From Oscillospiraceae bacterium (GTDB taxonomy: Bacteria > Bacillota > Clostridia > Oscillospirales > Oscillospiraceae), in assembly GCA_902767395.1 (NCBI GenBank), contig CACXHI010000017.1:1-33683 (forward strand): DNA of 33,683 bases. The letters run 5' to 3'. The translations under genes and the position numbers were made by a program. Numbering within the stretch: the first letter of the stretch is position 1; the number at the start of each line of letters is the position of its first letter. The notes under the pieces are model-generated. The model was not told the origin of the DNA. It saw nothing but the letters and a program-made list of their open reading frames with translations, and made no database searches. Of the stretch, positions 32,911-33,683 are shown piece by piece.

Positions 32911-33683
32911 ATGAACAAGCGCAATCACCCTGAACAACAGAATGCGGCGCAGGAAACAGAACGCCAGCCGACCGCTGCCCCTGCAGCGGCGCAGAGATCG
33001 GCGGAGGACTATGCCCTTCATCTGGAGGAGCTGTTTTCTGCGGAGATCGGCGAGGAGAACGAATCCGAGGGTTCGTCTCTGCGCCGCAGTTCGCCTGCCT
33101 CCGAATCGGAGGACGGAAGGACTGCCGCCGTCCGGGAGGATACGGAAGCCCTGTTCCGCGTCGTGGCGGAGCTGATTGCCGAGGAACCCGATCCGGTGTC
33201 TTCCGCGCCGGAGCCTGTCCCAGCCAGAGGCGGGAAGAAGGGCGCGCCGGGACTGCTTTCCCTGTTTAGGCCAAGGCAGCGCCGCGCGGCGAATCGTCCG
33301 AGCCTCGGGGCGGGGCCAGACGCCACGCCGTTCCCCAGCGCAAGGTCGGAACCGCGTGTGACAAGGCCCGTCAAGGCAATTCGGGCCTCCGCGTCGGCTG
33401 CCCCCGCCGAAGATCGCGGCAAAACCACGCGCGTCTATCTGACGAATTTTGATCACACGCCCTTCTCCGCACCGCAGGACGATCCCACGCTGGAGGAGAT
33501 GTTCGGAACCGTCCCGGAGTCAGAGTCGGCTGTGCCTGAAGTCCAGCCGGTGGAGGAACCGCCCGCGATCCAGCCGGAACCGCCTGCCGTCCAGCCCGAG
33601 GCGGACGCTTCCGTCATGCGGTCGGAGGAAGAAGCCGCTGCGGTTCCGCCCGAGGTGCGGCACGAATGGGAGCCGACCGGTTC
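32911..33683 (+). CDS. hypothetical protein, acidic/Pro/Ala-rich low-complexity N-terminal region (partial, runs off the right edge)
   Basis: Absent from the track because it is open-ended. ATG 32911 opens MNKRNHPEQQNAAQETERQPTAAPAAAQRSAEDYALHLEELFSAEIGEENESEG..., with 257 codons and no stop to the window end. The codon pattern looks coding. The opposite-strand ORFs here (183 and 136 aa) are R/G/S-rich shadows. No recognisable family. Confidence 0.5.
   Translation, partial: MNKRNHPEQQNAAQETERQPTAAPAAAQRSAEDYALHLEELFSAEIGEENESEGSSLRRSSPASESEDGRTAAVREDTEALFRVVAELIAEEPDPVSSAPEPVPARGGKKGAPGLLSLFRPRQRRAANRPSLGAGPDATPFPSARSEPRVTRPVKAIRASASAAPAEDRGKTTRVYLTNFDHTPFSAPQDDPTLEEMFGTVPESESAVPEVQPVEEPPAIQPEPPAVQPEADASVMRSEEEAAAVPPEVRHEWEPTG

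Noticed and set aside
32905-33456. Minus-strand ORFs of 183 and 136 aa at the right end.
   Set aside because: They are Arg/Gly/Ser-rich and lack an SD. They lie opposite a longer open plus-strand frame (32911 to the window end) that follows rlmB and has a more coding-like composition. The plus-strand call is itself only moderate confidence.
1-33683. CRISPR arrays, tRNA/rRNA genes, IS elements, integrases and long direct or inverted repeats.
   Set aside because: None seen. The intergenic regions are short, and the only repeated elements are promoter-like hexamers and terminator hairpins. No transposase- or integrase-like ORF is present.

Overview
GC-rich chromosomal segment, probably from a spore-forming Clostridia-type Firmicute (inferred from spo0A, Rnf, sortase/LCP, SD-led tightly packed genes and GC-rich third codon positions). 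Most of it is ordinary housekeeping. From the left: exoIII (partial), uppP, an Mrp/ApbC Fe-S carrier, a barnase-barstar pair, spo0A with 0A-box-like sites upstream, an LCP protein and a sortase B. Then come two adjacent K+ uptake systems (trkH-trkA and ktrA-ktrB), a MATE pump, a DUF1846 protein and a TIGR03960/TIGR03936 radical-SAM pair with an M50 protease. These are followed by rlmI, galE, ahcY and an ABC exporter, and at the right end rlmB and a partial disordered ORF. The unusual region is a translationally coupled minus-strand operon at 23243-31748: rnfC, rnfD-rnfG, rnfE, rnfA, rnfB-nrfA, resB, ccsA. It has three non-canonical features. (1) rnfB has no stop codon and reads straight into a complete pentaheme cytochrome c nitrite reductase (NrfA, with the CxxCK heme motif) through a linker and a second transmembrane helix. 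(2) rnfD and rnfG form one ORF. (3) rnfC carries a single in-frame TAG. No nrfH is present, and System II cytochrome c maturation genes follow directly. I read this as a candidate quinone-independent, Rnf-wired nitrite-ammonifying module; I cannot run a database search, so its novelty is unverified. I saw no tRNA, rRNA, CRISPR array or mobile element. Many long ORFs in the track are antisense shadows of real genes.
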